From: Somniosus microcephalus
Taxonomy: Eukaryota
Assembly: GCA_052327205.1 (NCBI GenBank)
Contig: CM126203.1
Coordinates: 322,090,001-322,154,000, forward strand
Direction: 5' to 3'
Length of the DNA stretch: 64,000 nucleotides
This document shows, piece after piece, positions 38,173-50,325 of the stretch. The position numbers were made by a program, and so were the translations under genes. Below the pieces are notes generated by a model. It made no database searches and was not told the DNA's origin. It saw only the letters and a program-made list of their open reading frames with translations. How positions within the stretch are numbered: the first letter of the stretch is position 1; every line of letters starts with the position of its first letter.

Positions 38173-41142
38173 CACTTGTTTCTCAATGCTTCACCTGAAT
38201 GGTATAAACTTTCGCAGAGTCTATTCGGCCAGCATAACTTTTCTCTTTCTCGGAGTGCTGTAGTTCTCCCTCCCGCTTTTCAAATTGCTCTCGATAGGAT
38301 ATTAAAGTTCCACTATTCGCAAACAATATGAACCTTCCCCGATGCTTGGTCCACATGCTGCAACTTTAAACTGTTCAAGTGCTAGTTTGTACGGTCACGC
38401 ACGGTTGTTAATGAATCGCAGTGAAAAAGGGATTGGCGCTTAAACCAAACTCTGCTGAGGCAAGTGATCCTACTAATACGAGGTAGTGTGTTTTACAGGT
38501 ACAACCCGATCGCTTGAAAAAAGTACTAAGTATTTGTCACTTGCAAGCTGTGTACCTAACCGCATCTAGAAATATATGTGAAATATAGTTTGTTGGTACA
38601 GTTAAGGTTATACAAGATGGAACATTCTTTCAGCCTTAGTCTTTAGTTGCTCGGAAATAATGGGAAATCCGTATCCTTGCCGTCTGTATACTTGTTATTA
38701 CAACATAACAGGTATAGTTAATTAAAATACACGCATCTACAGCATCTTTATTAACAGGTTTCATGGACGGATACTTTCTTAAATACCTGCCTATACGGTG
38801 TAATAGTTTTAGCAGAAAATAATCATTAGACTTTCTAATAATAATAATTTAAATATCATAGAAGGGAAGCCTGTCTTTACTAGACGGGCCAAATTTACAA
38901 ATAAAACTTAGATTTATATTTGAATTTTTAAAAATATCTTTTAGACACTGAGCATAATTAACGCGCATATAGGTAGTGTGAATTGTTCTGACTTTGATTA
39001 CAAAAATGCTTTCATTGTTAATGTTATTTGATCCTATTAATGTTGTATTTCTTTGGATTTTGCGATGGGCCTTGTCTCATCCTTTCTATAATAAGAATTT
39101 ATTTTGAGGGATCGGGCAAATAGGTTTTAATAAAGCAGGAAAGGAAAATGACCTCAAAGTCTCGGGTTTGGCCATTTTCATGTGTATGTGTAATTGTGAA
39201 AGGGACATGCCTTCTGAAGGTCGGCACTGTGGTTGTAGGCGGAAACCTTTTTAATGTTATGGATTTTTTAAAATATTGATCAAATAACCGTGGTTGACTC
39301 AGTAAACCAAAGATTCAGCTGAGGGAAAGCAACAGTCAGCATTCTCCTGTTCCCCCTCTCACCAAGAATGGCCGGAAGTGTAAGTGTAGTGTGGAATAAA
39401 TACAAATATTAAGGAGTCTCACTTTACAGCACAACACTAAACAACTTTTGGGAGAGGACCAAATACAAGCTTGCTGCGTATGTGGGAAATAAAACCGCAT
39501 AATTCCGTGTATATATAGAGGGAGAGAGTCTGTAATTCGTAGAATTAATTTATAGGCTAAAGATGGCTTACAGTTAACTGCATCTTAGTTTTTATTGATA
39601 TTTAATACGCAACTACCATATTAAAGCCCCAAATCTCCAAGTTAATGGTTTATATGAAAGCTTTATCTCGGAAGCTCTATAGACAGACACAAAATTAAAA
39701 GCATTTATCTTCAATATATAACATGACTTTTCATCTTTCAAGGCGACATTGAGGAATTATACGGTGCTAGTTAAGGCAAAATGAAAATAGTAGCTTTAAT
39801 TATGCACCGACATCAATCAGACACGGTGTGCTCCAACTTATTCTTTAAGCCTAAGGCGCGTTATTTATTTCGAGGAAACCTGTTAATACAGCAATCAAGT
39901 ATTATTTGTTTCGGCCGTGGCTTTTTCTGTCTATAATTCAAAAATATCAACCGGTTCATTTTCATAGTACCGCACAAGACTGAAGCCAACTAGTAGCATG
40001 CTCCGGAGTCTTTAAGCAAAGTTGAATTTTTTTATCATGATACTATAAATACAAAAATGATTTTTAAAAATACAAATAACTTTTTCTCATGTTTTAAGTG
40101 GAGCTCTTAAGATGTTACCACCAATGATTGCGAAACATTGTTTTCAAAGTCTTTATACATTTACCAACAATGCGGTCAAGCCATTAAAACGAAGTTCTCA
40201 CAGAAGTTAATAAGTAATTTAATATAGATGAACAATAGCAGGCATGAGAAAAATATTTAGACATGAGTCAACAAAATTCTTCAATTTCGCATTACAACAT
40301 AAAGTATAGATTCCCTCCTTGAAAACCCTGCTTTAACACGGAGACAGGGACATATAGCAACTTTGTAGCTGCTAAACTAACCAAAGAAAACGCATTCACT
40401 GTAACTTCAAAACTCATTTGGTCGCTTTTGAAGCTGTGAAGGAAATAAAACAAGCCTTTTTTTTAAAATACCGGTACAAAAGTAATACATTTACCGTTCA
40501 TTTGATGATAAAGAAAAAGATTGACACATACATACAAAAAGACTTGCATGTCCACTTTGACAACCATATAGGATATTCTATATAAACAGGATTGAGAGAG
40601 AGCAAACGCTTCCCATTTATGGATATGCTTAAATAAACAATTATTTTGCAATACTCTTACATTCTACTAATGAAGACCGTGTCTTTCAGTCTAACGCAGC
40701 GTCTCTTCCAACGGAATTGTCTTAAAAGAGTTGTGTTGAGGCGTTTAATAAAATGATTGCACTCTCTTGTTTGAACCGTTGTCATTGGTAATATTATTTA
40801 TGTGGGGTTGCATTTTATTTTGCGGGCTTCTCGGCCTTTTTAAAATCAGCCAGGATACACAGAGTTCGCTAGCTGCTTCATGTTAAGATGTAAGAAATTG
40901 ACCTAAAATTCAACAACAAAAAATAGGAGGGTCTCAAATAACGTTGATTGTAGCAACTTCCCGTGCCGAGCACACCAAACATGCAGACTGTGGCTTTATT
41001 ATATTGGCATCATTGAAACAGGTCATTGGTCAGACAATACACGTGCCTGAGCGAAGTCACTGGGATTTTGTTTCTCTCGTTCTAAGTTTTTCACCCGCAC
41101 CCTGTAGCGGTTTCAACATAAGGATTTAAAAAAATGTTACTT

Positions 41143-41201
41143 ATTCATTCACGGAATGTGGGCGTCGCTGGCAAAGCCAGCATTTATTGCCCATCCCTAA
41201 T
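41143..41201 (-). mobile_element. Short LINE/SINE 3' tail in the ST8SIA3 3'UTR
   Basis: Matches the 3' end of the LINE at 52826-52885 (gtgggc.tcgctggcaa.gccagcatttattg.ccatccctaatt). Confidence 0.75.
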
Positions 41202-41651
41202 TTGATTGGGTGCCATACCTAACATACCAGGCTTAAATAATTCTGAAAGCTAGATTGTCGTCAATAGATTGGCACGGCCATCCTGTCTCGGTCTGATATC
41301 GCCAGCCCATTCTCTCCCACCACTCTTCGCTGTAATGCAGCTATTCCCGTCCGTAAATTGACAGCTATAAACAGATTCTTTATGGTTCAATACATTCATT
41401 CGCGGAATTAAAAGAAAGCCCCAAAATTCACGTCTAAGCGCTTCCGACTACTTTGAAATATAAAATATTTTACTAGCACAGTACAGGGAAACTCATGAAC
41501 ACGTCAGTGACACGGTGTTGGAATTACTTGGAGATGTGTTACACGAAGCGTCGCCTATGGAGAGCTTACGCATTGGGTACAAAAATGCATTTTGAAACAT
41601 AAACCGAACAAGAATGAAAAAAAAATGCCTTGGCACTTCAAAAGCATCGTA

Positions 41652-41937
41652 TTAAGAGGCACAATGTGAAAGAGTCAGTTTAGTCAAGCCGTCAGTGTGT
41701 AGTTTGAACAACAGCTTGAATTCTGCTGGAAGCTGATGGGACTCTTGCCATTTGGTCGTGAATTTTGTCCCCTTTTTGTCATAGTAGTGATATGGCAATT
41801 CTTTTCCTGTGTTGGGATCCCACGCGAAAGGCCAAAATCCGTACAAGTGAATCTCTTCGCAAATGGCAGAAGCCAATGTATACATCAGGATGCCTGTACT
41901 TAGGCGCTTTGGCGACAGCTGTTTAGTTTTCCAATAT
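41652..41937 (-). CDS. ST8SIA3: ST8SIA3 exon 4: sialylmotifs S, III and VS, and stop
   Basis: aacag acceptor; YWKTKQLSPKRLSTGILMYTLASAICEEIHLYGFWP..HYYD..HQLPAEF..LSHCAS*. Total CDS 1146 nt = 381 aa. Confidence 0.96.
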
Positions 41938-43434
41938 CTGTTCAACGGTAAAACAACAAAAAGTTCACAAAATATTTTTTCAATTAAGAAACATCGATCT
42001 ACCGTGGATTTTCTCACGAAGAGCACCCCCCCTTCCTGCAACTGTCTCTACTTCTCTCCGACTCTATTCTTTCTCTCAGACATTCTTTCAATCTATCTTC
42101 CACTCTTTGCCCGTCTCTCCAGTGCTTTCTCTTCGTGTATCTCGGAATCTACTATTTTTCACTCTTCTCCCTTTGTGTGAGTTTCTCCTAGCCTGCCTCC
42201 CATCTTCTGCATTCTTACATTCTCAGTATGTCTACAACGCCGATTATTTCCACATGGCTTTCTCTATACGAATCATTTCTCTCTTTCTCTTTATCCTTTT
42301 CTTAATATTTGACACTCCCACATTTTCCTATCGCCCGTCATGGAGGCATGGAAACAGATTGGAATTCCAAACCTCTGATAGCTGTAGATGTAATATTCTC
42401 CCTCTCTCATCTTGTCTTCATGTGTCCGTGTGATGCAGTGGGATAGATGTGGACATGGTTTGGGAAGGAGTGGAAAGCCAGAATCTGAGGCTGGGGCTCG
42501 GGTTAAGAGACTGAGGGAAGGGGGTCCTAAGTAAATACAAATTATTGCATAAGCATAATTTTGAATCCAATATTACAAATTATTCTACAAATTTACAACA
42601 GATGAATGATTTGACTATTACTAATTCGTTGAATAAATATTCAATAGTTGAATGATTCGAATATTCAGAACTGAAACTGTCGGAGAGAGAATGGGGAACT
42701 CAGGTGTTCTACGGGCGGTGGCTTGTGCCTGGGAAACAAAGTCGAGCCTGTCCCGGGTAGCAGAGCAGAAGCAGGTCTCGCTCTTTGAAATGGAGGATAG
42801 CCGGTGAGTCCAGGAGAGTGAAGATACCGGGACCTCATAAGATGCTCAGGCTATCTGGAGTGTGTAGGAAACAGCAAGAGGGCGGGGAGAATGTCGCCGG
42901 TGGTCCAAGGCAGACTGGCAAACAGGCGAAAGAGGGAACGTGTACCCGAGGCCGGGAATGTTCATGAGGCCACACTGGACCATGTGGGAAAAGATTGGAA
43001 GATGAAATGCGTTTTATGTGTTCGTTTGTGATTATTTTTAGAATTGTTTATGGTGCGTACTAAGTTATACATTTCACTTTTAGAGGTATACATGGGTCCA
43101 ATAAGGAATTACGATGGCGGCTGTGTCTGTGGCCTTTTGGTCAATCTGCGAGGGGGAGAAAATTTAAATTTCGGAGAAATTTGTTTGGAGAATGCAAAGG
43201 TAGCCAATCAATTTGAAAGGAGGAAAGTAAAGTCATGCAACCAACGAGGAACAATACAGTCGACAAACGAAGAAGAAAATCGACAGGTTAAATGGCCACA
43301 ACACAGTTTTTAAAACCATAAAGATATGTATATATATGCAATTAAGACTATAACTGGCATAACTATTGTGCACCATCTTATGAATATTTATATAAATGGC
43401 ACGTAAAAAAAATCCTTGAGCCTTACATACTTAC

Positions 43435-43992
43435 TTATTGATATGTTGCATTATGTTCCCAGGCCAAGCCAACTGGATCTTCAGTTGCGCTCTATACTCC
43501 ATAAAAAAATCTACCAAAGTTCTTGTCACCGGAGCAGAGGTGTGGAAGAAAAAAGCAGGGATCCAAAGAATGGCTCCATCAAGCTTTTTAAGATTCAGGA
43601 AAAACTTATTCCGATCTTGGATGGTTAATAGATTGTTGTAGTACTTTTCAAGGATGCTCGGGTTGAAGGTCGTGAGATTCGTTTTTTTCCCAACATCTTC
43701 TTCAAAAGTTTCAGTTGGCGCGAAATTGCAGCGGAACACGAAATCGGACTTATCTATTTCAGCTCCACAACCGCTTCCTGTTAGGATTCCACTGTTCCCA
43801 ACAACCGCACAAATGTTGTAGTGCATCTTTAATATCGGGGGCGCCTCGGGGAGCAATGATCGAAAACTAGTGCTTACAGAAAAAACGTATTTGTGGTTGG
43901 AATAGTCATAGTGCAGCAACTGTCCCACTCGCACGCTTTTCTTCACCAATGTGAAATTTTTAAAAACGTCGACATAGCGACTGATGTCCTTT
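43435..43992 (-). CDS. ST8SIA3: ST8SIA3 exon 3: sialylmotif L
   Basis: ttcag acceptor; KDISRYVDVFKNFTLVKKSVRVGQ..CAVVGNSGILTGSGCGAEIDKSDFVFRCNFAPT..WPGNIMQHIN; gtaagt donor; 558 nt. Confidence 0.96.
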
Positions 43993-44523
43993 CTGAAGCA
44001 AAAATACAGAGAACGAGTTAGGTCAGTTCCTTCTCAGCAATGGGTTTGAATTCAGAACACGTACTTATAAGAGCGCAGTAAAAGCATTCCCAGTAAAAAC
44101 AGGTTGTGCTAAAACGACAAGGTCTAAACTTGTAGGGAAAAAAATCGAACCAAGAAGGGCCATTGAGAAGGAAAACATATCCTAATGATTAAAACGTTTG
44201 CTTTTGAGAAGCTGTAACTTTGAAATTGGGCTCTATGCCCATTACTGATATCACGTAATCCCAGTCCATTGAGACACATCCCATTGAGATTCTGTTGGTC
44301 ATCGCTGAAGTTATTTTGTTTAATTCGTGACACCCATCTCTAATAGTGATATCACTTTTTGTTCTACATATTAAAAACCGTACCAGGGCTCTGACTTTAT
44401 TTGAAAGCTCCCCCTTTTATGGTAAGGATGTACTTTGCAGAGATAAAAACAAAAACATCGGAAAATATGGAATAAAGATGAAAGAAGTTCTCGCCCCTTT
44501 CTTTACTTTGCAGAATGACTTAC

Positions 44524-44646
44524 CTTTGCTGTAAAAATGAAGTTGTGTTGAATGTCCACTTTGCAGGTTTGCCATGAGCATTGTCGTTAAAGCCATTTCC
44601 AGCTGGCAAAAAAGAAGGATCCAGAAACTTCAAAGCAAACTGTGAC
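44524..44646 (-). CDS. ST8SIA3: ST8SIA3 exon 2 (stem region; not in the ORF track)
   Basis: Read by hand: ttgcag|G TCA CAG TTT GCT TTG AAG TTT CTG GAT CCT.. = SQFALKFLDPSFLPAGNGFNDNAHGKPAKWTFNTTSFLQQ, ending AG|gtaagt; 123 nt, phase 2-2. Confidence 0.94.
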
Positions 44647-44691
44647 CTGCAAGAAAAATTGCCGTCAAGGTTTAATTAGAAGTGACGATTT

Positions 44692-45026
44692 CACAGATCA
44701 CAGAAATCCCACAGTGCAGATAGAGGCCATTTCGGCCCATCGAGCCTGCACCGACACATATCCCACCTGATACCCGTAACCCCTACACCAACACATGTCC
44801 CACCCTATCCCCGCATATTTAATCCCCCTAACACTAAGGGTCAATTTATCATAGCCAATCAACCTAACCCGCACATCTTTGGACTGTGGGAGGAAACCGG
44901 AGCACCCGGAGGAAACCCACGCAAACACGGGGAGAATGTGCAAACTCCACACAGACGGTCACCCGAGGCCGGATTCGAACCCGGGTTCCTGGCGCTGTGA
45001 AGCAACAGTGCTAACCACTATGCCAC
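44692..45026 (-). mobile_element. V-SINE (HE1-like shark SINE), near full length
   Basis: tRNA-derived head with A box (TGGCATAGTGG) and B box (GGTTCGAATCC); V-domain (gtggagtttgcacattctccccgtgtttgcgtgggtttcctccgggtgctccggtttcctccc); CR1-like 3' tail. Confidence 0.9.
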
Positions 45027-45196
45027 GTCACGGTATTATTGTCCTGTCGGTTTAACTATGCTACTCATGAATTAACAGTGCTCAGTCCAATTAATTGGTT
45101 CGTGAACCGACATGTGTGTGCAAAAGATCTGAACCCGTTATCAAATTTTCACTGATTATAACTAATAAACGTTATTTAAACCTATCGAGAGTATTT

Positions 45197-45597
45197 GTTT
45201 GATAGCAAAATACTGCAGATGTTGGAAGTCCGAAATAACAACAGAAAATGCTGGAAAAACTCAGCAGGTCAGGCAACATCCGTGGAGAGAAATTTGAGTT
45301 GACGTTTCGGGTCGAACCCTTCTTCAAAACTGGAAAGAAAAGAAAATAGATCGAAGGCAAGGCTGCGATTGGACAAAAGAAGTGAAAGAGACAAAAGAAG
45401 TAGAAGAGACAATAAAAGGTATTCAAAGCCAGACGAGATGGTAATAGGCTGAGATTAGGTGTGAAGTGTACTGGCAGGGCAAGAGATAGCTGCCAAGTGG
45501 GAGAGTGAAACAAAAGGAAAGGGGGGGGGGCGGTGGGAGGAGTGGAAAAATTACAGGTAAAAAATTAATAGGGGCCGAGGTTATGATCTGAAATTGA
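45197..45597 (-). mobile_element. Penelope-like element 3' portion with hammerhead motif (ST8SIA3 intron 1, sense)
   Basis: The minus strand reads ..AAT TTC AGA TCA TAA (NFRS*, resembling the end of a PLE ORF), then a pyrimidine-rich UTR, the hammerhead-like motif at 45331-45297 and the family tail. Confidence 0.7.
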
Positions 45598-46099
45598 CCA
45601 TTTATATTAACGTGAGCATGTGCCGTCCATGCGACTATCCAAGTACACATATAAGGTTACTTCTCAAAACTAAGTTAGAGCTGAGAATTCTACAAATTAT
45701 TTTGCTCAGAGGCCTCAAGAACTCGAACTCATTGTCTGCATCCCAGGAAATAATGATTAAGCTATTTTTAATATCTAAAAAAAGATTACCCTGCCTATTG
45801 AGCATATTTACTATTTTGGCTATTTAATTGTTTCTGTCAGTAAATACAACTCCCGTCCCTCCCCTCGGAGCTCTCCCGTGTAAACTCCTGGTCGCTTTTG
45901 TTTTCATGCAACAATGCCTTTTCCTAGAGTCCTCAACAGATCCCATTATCTAATTTGCTACTGTAGAATCCTGAGAGCTCCTCTCTATCTTTTCACAACT
46001 AAATGCTCGTCACAAGAAGGTAAGAAGGCCAAGGATGGAAAGGGTGCTCAGCTGAGCCACGCAATTCTCTACAGTACTCCAACTCACTCACCCTTGCAC

Positions 46100-47040
46100 C
46101 CACCTGTATTTTGAAAGCCCCTAATATCTTTCACTCTGCCACTTAACTAGATGATTCCAAATATTTTCAGCCTTTCGGTATCAAAAACATGTTTTAAATG
46201 CACTAATTTTAATCTATGTTCTCTGGCACTACTCATCTCACTTACCTTGAAATATTCTGGTTCACATTATCTGCACCACTTTTTAAACATCAGTGAAGTT
46301 CCACCTTTAGTCTTTTCTTTCTATACTGCACAGCATAACTTTCTTTAATCTTTCCTGATAGTTTCTCCCCTTTATACTTGTGATCAATCTTATTGTTTTC
46401 CTTTGCACCCACTCCAATATATGCATCTTCTGAAACATGGTGAGCAAAATTGTACTCCATACTCCCATGTATGGTCTCACCAGTATATTTCTACAGCTCC
46501 AGTAGACATGGTCCTGGCTAGGTATTCCAAAGTTTTATTAGTTTTTTAAAATTGTTTTTCTTATTGTCAACTATTGATTCTTACCCTCCTTCCTCAGAAC
46601 CTCCCTATGGCCTGACACTAGACCTCTCGTGAGTATTTTCTGTTCTATACTTCTTATCCAACTTTTTATCCAGTTCCAAGTACTACTCTGGATTCCCATG
46701 ATTTCAGTTTTATTTGCAGTGTTTCATGTGGCACCTTCATGTGGGTTAATGGCATTCTGAGAGTCCAAATAAACAATTATCACCCAGCGTTCTACTACCT
46801 ACTTTATTGGCAACTTACTCAGATAGGTCCAGGAGATTCAGCAACTAGGATCTCCCCTTCTAAATCGAGGCTGGCTGTTTCTTACTCACCTGTTGCTTTA
46901 TGGTACTTCTCCACCCAATGGTTTCCATCATTTTACCTTTTTGTGACATTAGGATAGTGGGCCTGCAGTTGCCCAAGTCCGATTTGTCCCCCTTTTTAAT
47001 ATATCGTACATTTGCTAGCTTCTAATTCTGAAACTTTGCC
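46100..47040 (-). mobile_element. Old degraded CR1 LINE fragment
   Basis: Decayed motifs (gtgagaccatac..gagtatggagtacaattttg; aaggtgccacatgaa; KKGD). Confidence 0.55.
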
Positions 47041-47157
47041 AGTTGCAATCATTCTTTGACATTTACCTTTACTGGTGTACACTCTTCATTGTAGCTATGT
47101 GGATACAGACCTGCTTGCAGATGTTAATGTGTTGACTTCTGAACCCAGTGTTCAGGC

Positions 47158-47270
47158 CTACATTACAACAGTGATTACACTACAAAAGTACAGTACTTCA
47201 TTGGCTGTGAACGCTTTGGGATGTCCTGAGGTTGTGAAAGATGCTATATAAATGCAGATCTTTCTTTCTT
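47158..47270 (+). mobile_element. DeuSINE (SacSINE1/AmnSINE-like) 3' tail
   Basis: tacattacaacagtga..cttcattggctgtgaacgctttgggatgtcctgaggttgtgaaagatgctatataaatgca..ctttcttt. Confidence 0.65.
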
Positions 47271-47529
47271 ATGAAGGGGTTTTGAGACACATGGTGCTCA
47301 GAACAGTTCCGTTAATTTTGCACAATAAAAATGGATTTAATATTATCTACTGCACTTCTTTTCTTGACCAATGACCAGTAGAACTCATAATCTATTCTAT
47401 TCATCGTTGTTAATTTAAAAATTACTTGATTTTACACTGGATTGTTTTCCTGGCTTTGTTAAAATATTTACCTCTAGTTGGATCTTCTCTCTTTTACTTA
47501 GAGTGCAGTAACGCTCGATTGCTGCAATT

Positions 47530-48030
47530 CTGGCAACGAAGGTTCACGAGATTGATTCCTGGGATGGTGGGACTGTCGTATGAGAAGAGATTGAGTAAAC
47601 TAGGCCTGTATATTCTTGAATTCAGGAGAATGAGAGGGGATCTCATTGAAGCATACAAAATTATTACAGGGCTTGATAGAATGGATGCTGGGAGAATGTT
47701 TCCCTTGGCTGGGAAGTCTAGAACCAGGGGCCACAGCGTCAAGATAAAGGGTAGGCCATTCAGGACTGAGATGAGAAGAAATTTCTTCACACAGAGGGTG
47801 GTGAATCTTTGGAATTCTCTACCCCAGAGGGCTGTGGAGGCTCAGTCATTGGGTATATTCAAAACAGAAGTCGATAGATTTCTGACTAGTAAAGGCATCA
47901 AGGGATATGGCGATAGGGCCAGTGAATGGAGTTGAGGCAGAAGACCAGCCATGATCTCATTGAATGGCGGAGCAGGCTAGAAGGACCGAATGGCCTACTC
48001 CTGCTCCTATTTCTTATGTTCTTATGTTCT
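47530..48030 (+). mobile_element. CR1 3' fragment
   Basis: QRRFTRLIPG..RTRGHS..RNFFTQRVV, CR1 3'UTR and (tcttatgt)n tail. Confidence 0.92.
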
Positions 48031-48243
48031 GCATCCCTGACTTCCTTGCCCCACCATTGGTAGCTGTGCCTTCAACTGCCTAGGCCCCAAGCTCTGGAAT
48101 TCTCCCCTAAACCTCTTCACCTTTAAGACACTCCTTAAATCCTACCTCCTTGACCAAGCTTTGGGACGCTTGTTCTAATCTCTCCTTTAGCTCTGTGACA
48201 ATTTTTGTCTTAAATGCGATATATAAATACAAGTTGTTGTTGT
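48031..48243 (+). mobile_element. L2 LINE 3' end
   Basis: ccaccattggtagctgtgccttc..ctctggaattc..gaccaagcttt..tatataaatacaagttgttgttg; shares sequence with 51585-51622. Confidence 0.65.
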
Positions 48244-48344
48244 GTGTGCAAAGGAGTCTTCACTCTAAATCTGCACCATGGACATATTGCATTAGACAAA
48301 TATTCATAGCATGTTTGAGGAGTTGTATTATAGTCTTACTCCAG

Positions 48345-48945
48345 CAAAGTCTTACTCCAATTATATAGGGCTTTGGTGAGACCACACCTGGAGTGCTGTG
48401 TACAATTCTGGTCTCCTTACCTAAGGAAGGATATACTTGCCATAGAGGAAGTGCAGCGAAGGTTCACGAGATTGATTCCTGGGATGGCGGGACTGTCGTA
48501 TGAGAAGAGATTGAGTAAACTAGGCCTGTATTCTCTTGAAGTCAGAAGAATGAGAGGGGATCTCATTGAAGCATACAAAATTATTACAGGGCTTGATAGG
48601 ATGGATGCTGGGAGAATGTTTCCCTTAGCTAGGGAGTCTAGAACCAGGGGCCATAGCCTCAAGATAAAGGGTAGGCCATTCAGGACTGAGATGGGAAGAA
48701 ATTTCTTCACACAGAGGGTGATGAATCTTTGGAATTCTCTACCCCAGAGGGCTGTGGGGGTTCAGTCATTGGGTATATTCAAAACAGAAGTTGATAGATT
48801 TCTGACCAGTAAGGGCATCAAGGGATATGGCGATAGGGCCGGGGAATGGAGTTGAGGCAGTAGATCAGCCATGATCTCATTTAATGGCGGAGCAGGCTCG
48901 AAGGGCCGAATGGCCTACTCCTGCTCCTATTTCTTATGTTCTTAT
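48345..48945 (+). mobile_element. CR1 3' fragment (near-identical to 47530-48030)
   Basis: VRPHLECCVQFWSPYLRKD..; CR1 3'UTR and tail. Confidence 0.92.
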
Positions 48946-50146
48946 ACCATCTCAATTCCAACAATTGTAAGAAAAAGGAACCCACCCCCGTATTATTTAC
49001 AGGGAAATGTTAAACAGATTTCCATTCATATGCATGTAGACTGAAGAATGCTTGCACAAAGTTGTGTTGTTTACTCAGACGATTTTTTAAACTGCAAAAT
49101 GATAATAAGAAAGGCATGAAATAATTAGTTTTGGAATTGTTCCTTGGCAATTAATTACACTCTGGGTATTACAAAAAATAAGACACTGTATCAATTCCCT
49201 TGGCTTTTAAAAAAAAAGGAACATGCACATTTGGTTATAATGCTCTCCTCTCTATCGTGCTCTCGATTTCATCTTTAAATTTGAATTATTTAATGATAAT
49301 GTCAAGTCAGTTTTTCTTCCAAGCGTGCGCGTACTGCTTCCCAAGGCCAGCAATGCTGCGGCCTTTGCACACAAAAGAACCCAAATGTTATTTGTTTTAC
49401 AGATACAGCATTGGGCATATCTGTTATCACAATGAAACTTGGACAATTGTATTTGTGTTTATATACACACACACACACACACACGTAAACAACAGCAATA
49501 CTTCCGTTTGAAGCATTTACCCCAACCCCCCGCCTTAAATAAAGGATGGCCGTAAGCACGGTGCTGTGGGAAGCAGTAAATAGCCCACAGACCCCGACGG
49601 CGAGCGCTGCCGCTTCAGCAGCACCGCTGGGCCCTGCAAGGACCACTGTGCGGATACCGTGCTTCCACTCACTGAGCGGCAGGCAGCTGCACATCACTCA
49701 GCAAACCACGACAATCCGTTTATCCCGCAAACATCTGGCATCAACCCCCACCCCCATTTTATTTTACATGAAACGACGCGGAGGCGGGGGATGAATCTAA
49801 AATATGCCGATTAAATAGTGGTGCTTGAAGGGAGGGGGGCGGAGGGGGGGTAGAGATTGAACATGTCAGGATCACAACACACATATGATGCTGTGTGCCT
49901 GCGGTGATGCACGGGCCTGCGTGCCTTTTCTCAAACAATACCATTATTACTTTCTGACAAAAACAAAGAAATGATGCAGGCGTTTTTTTTTTGCTGTGGT
50001 TTGAAGCCTGATCCAATCGATTGGGGAAGCGAGGCGGGCACCGGGGGCTGCAACTGAGAAAACGTCTAATTGTCCACAGATTCTATTGACTTTGACCCAA
50101 CATTTTTTTTTAAAAAAGGGCGGGTTTTCCCCCCCCACAAACTTAC

Positions 50147-50325
50147 CGAAATCCACTGTGTAACATGTACATTCTAGGGCCGGCCGAGCCTAGATATCTC
50201 GGAGTGGCGAAGAGGTTGTCCTTTTTGAGTGAGACATAGCTGATCAATGATAGAATAAGCAGAGCGACGCTTAACATCACCAAACCCAGCACACTCGCCA
50301 TACGAGCCATCCTGCAAATCCTCAT
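50147..50325 (-). CDS. ST8SIA3: ST8SIA3 exon 1: cytoplasmic tail and type II transmembrane anchor
   Basis: MRICRMARMASVLGLVMLSVALLILSLISYVSLKKDNLFATPRYLGSAGPRMYMLHSGFR; GTAAGT donor at 50146-50141; 179 nt. Confidence 0.95.

Noticed and set aside
44950-45026. tRNA-like sequence with A and B boxes
   Set aside because: It is the head of a V-SINE, not a tRNA gene.
49555-49650. Partial RE1-like words (ttcagcagcacc, cacggtgctg) in ST8SIA3 intron 1
   Set aside because: No correctly spaced GGACAG half-site.
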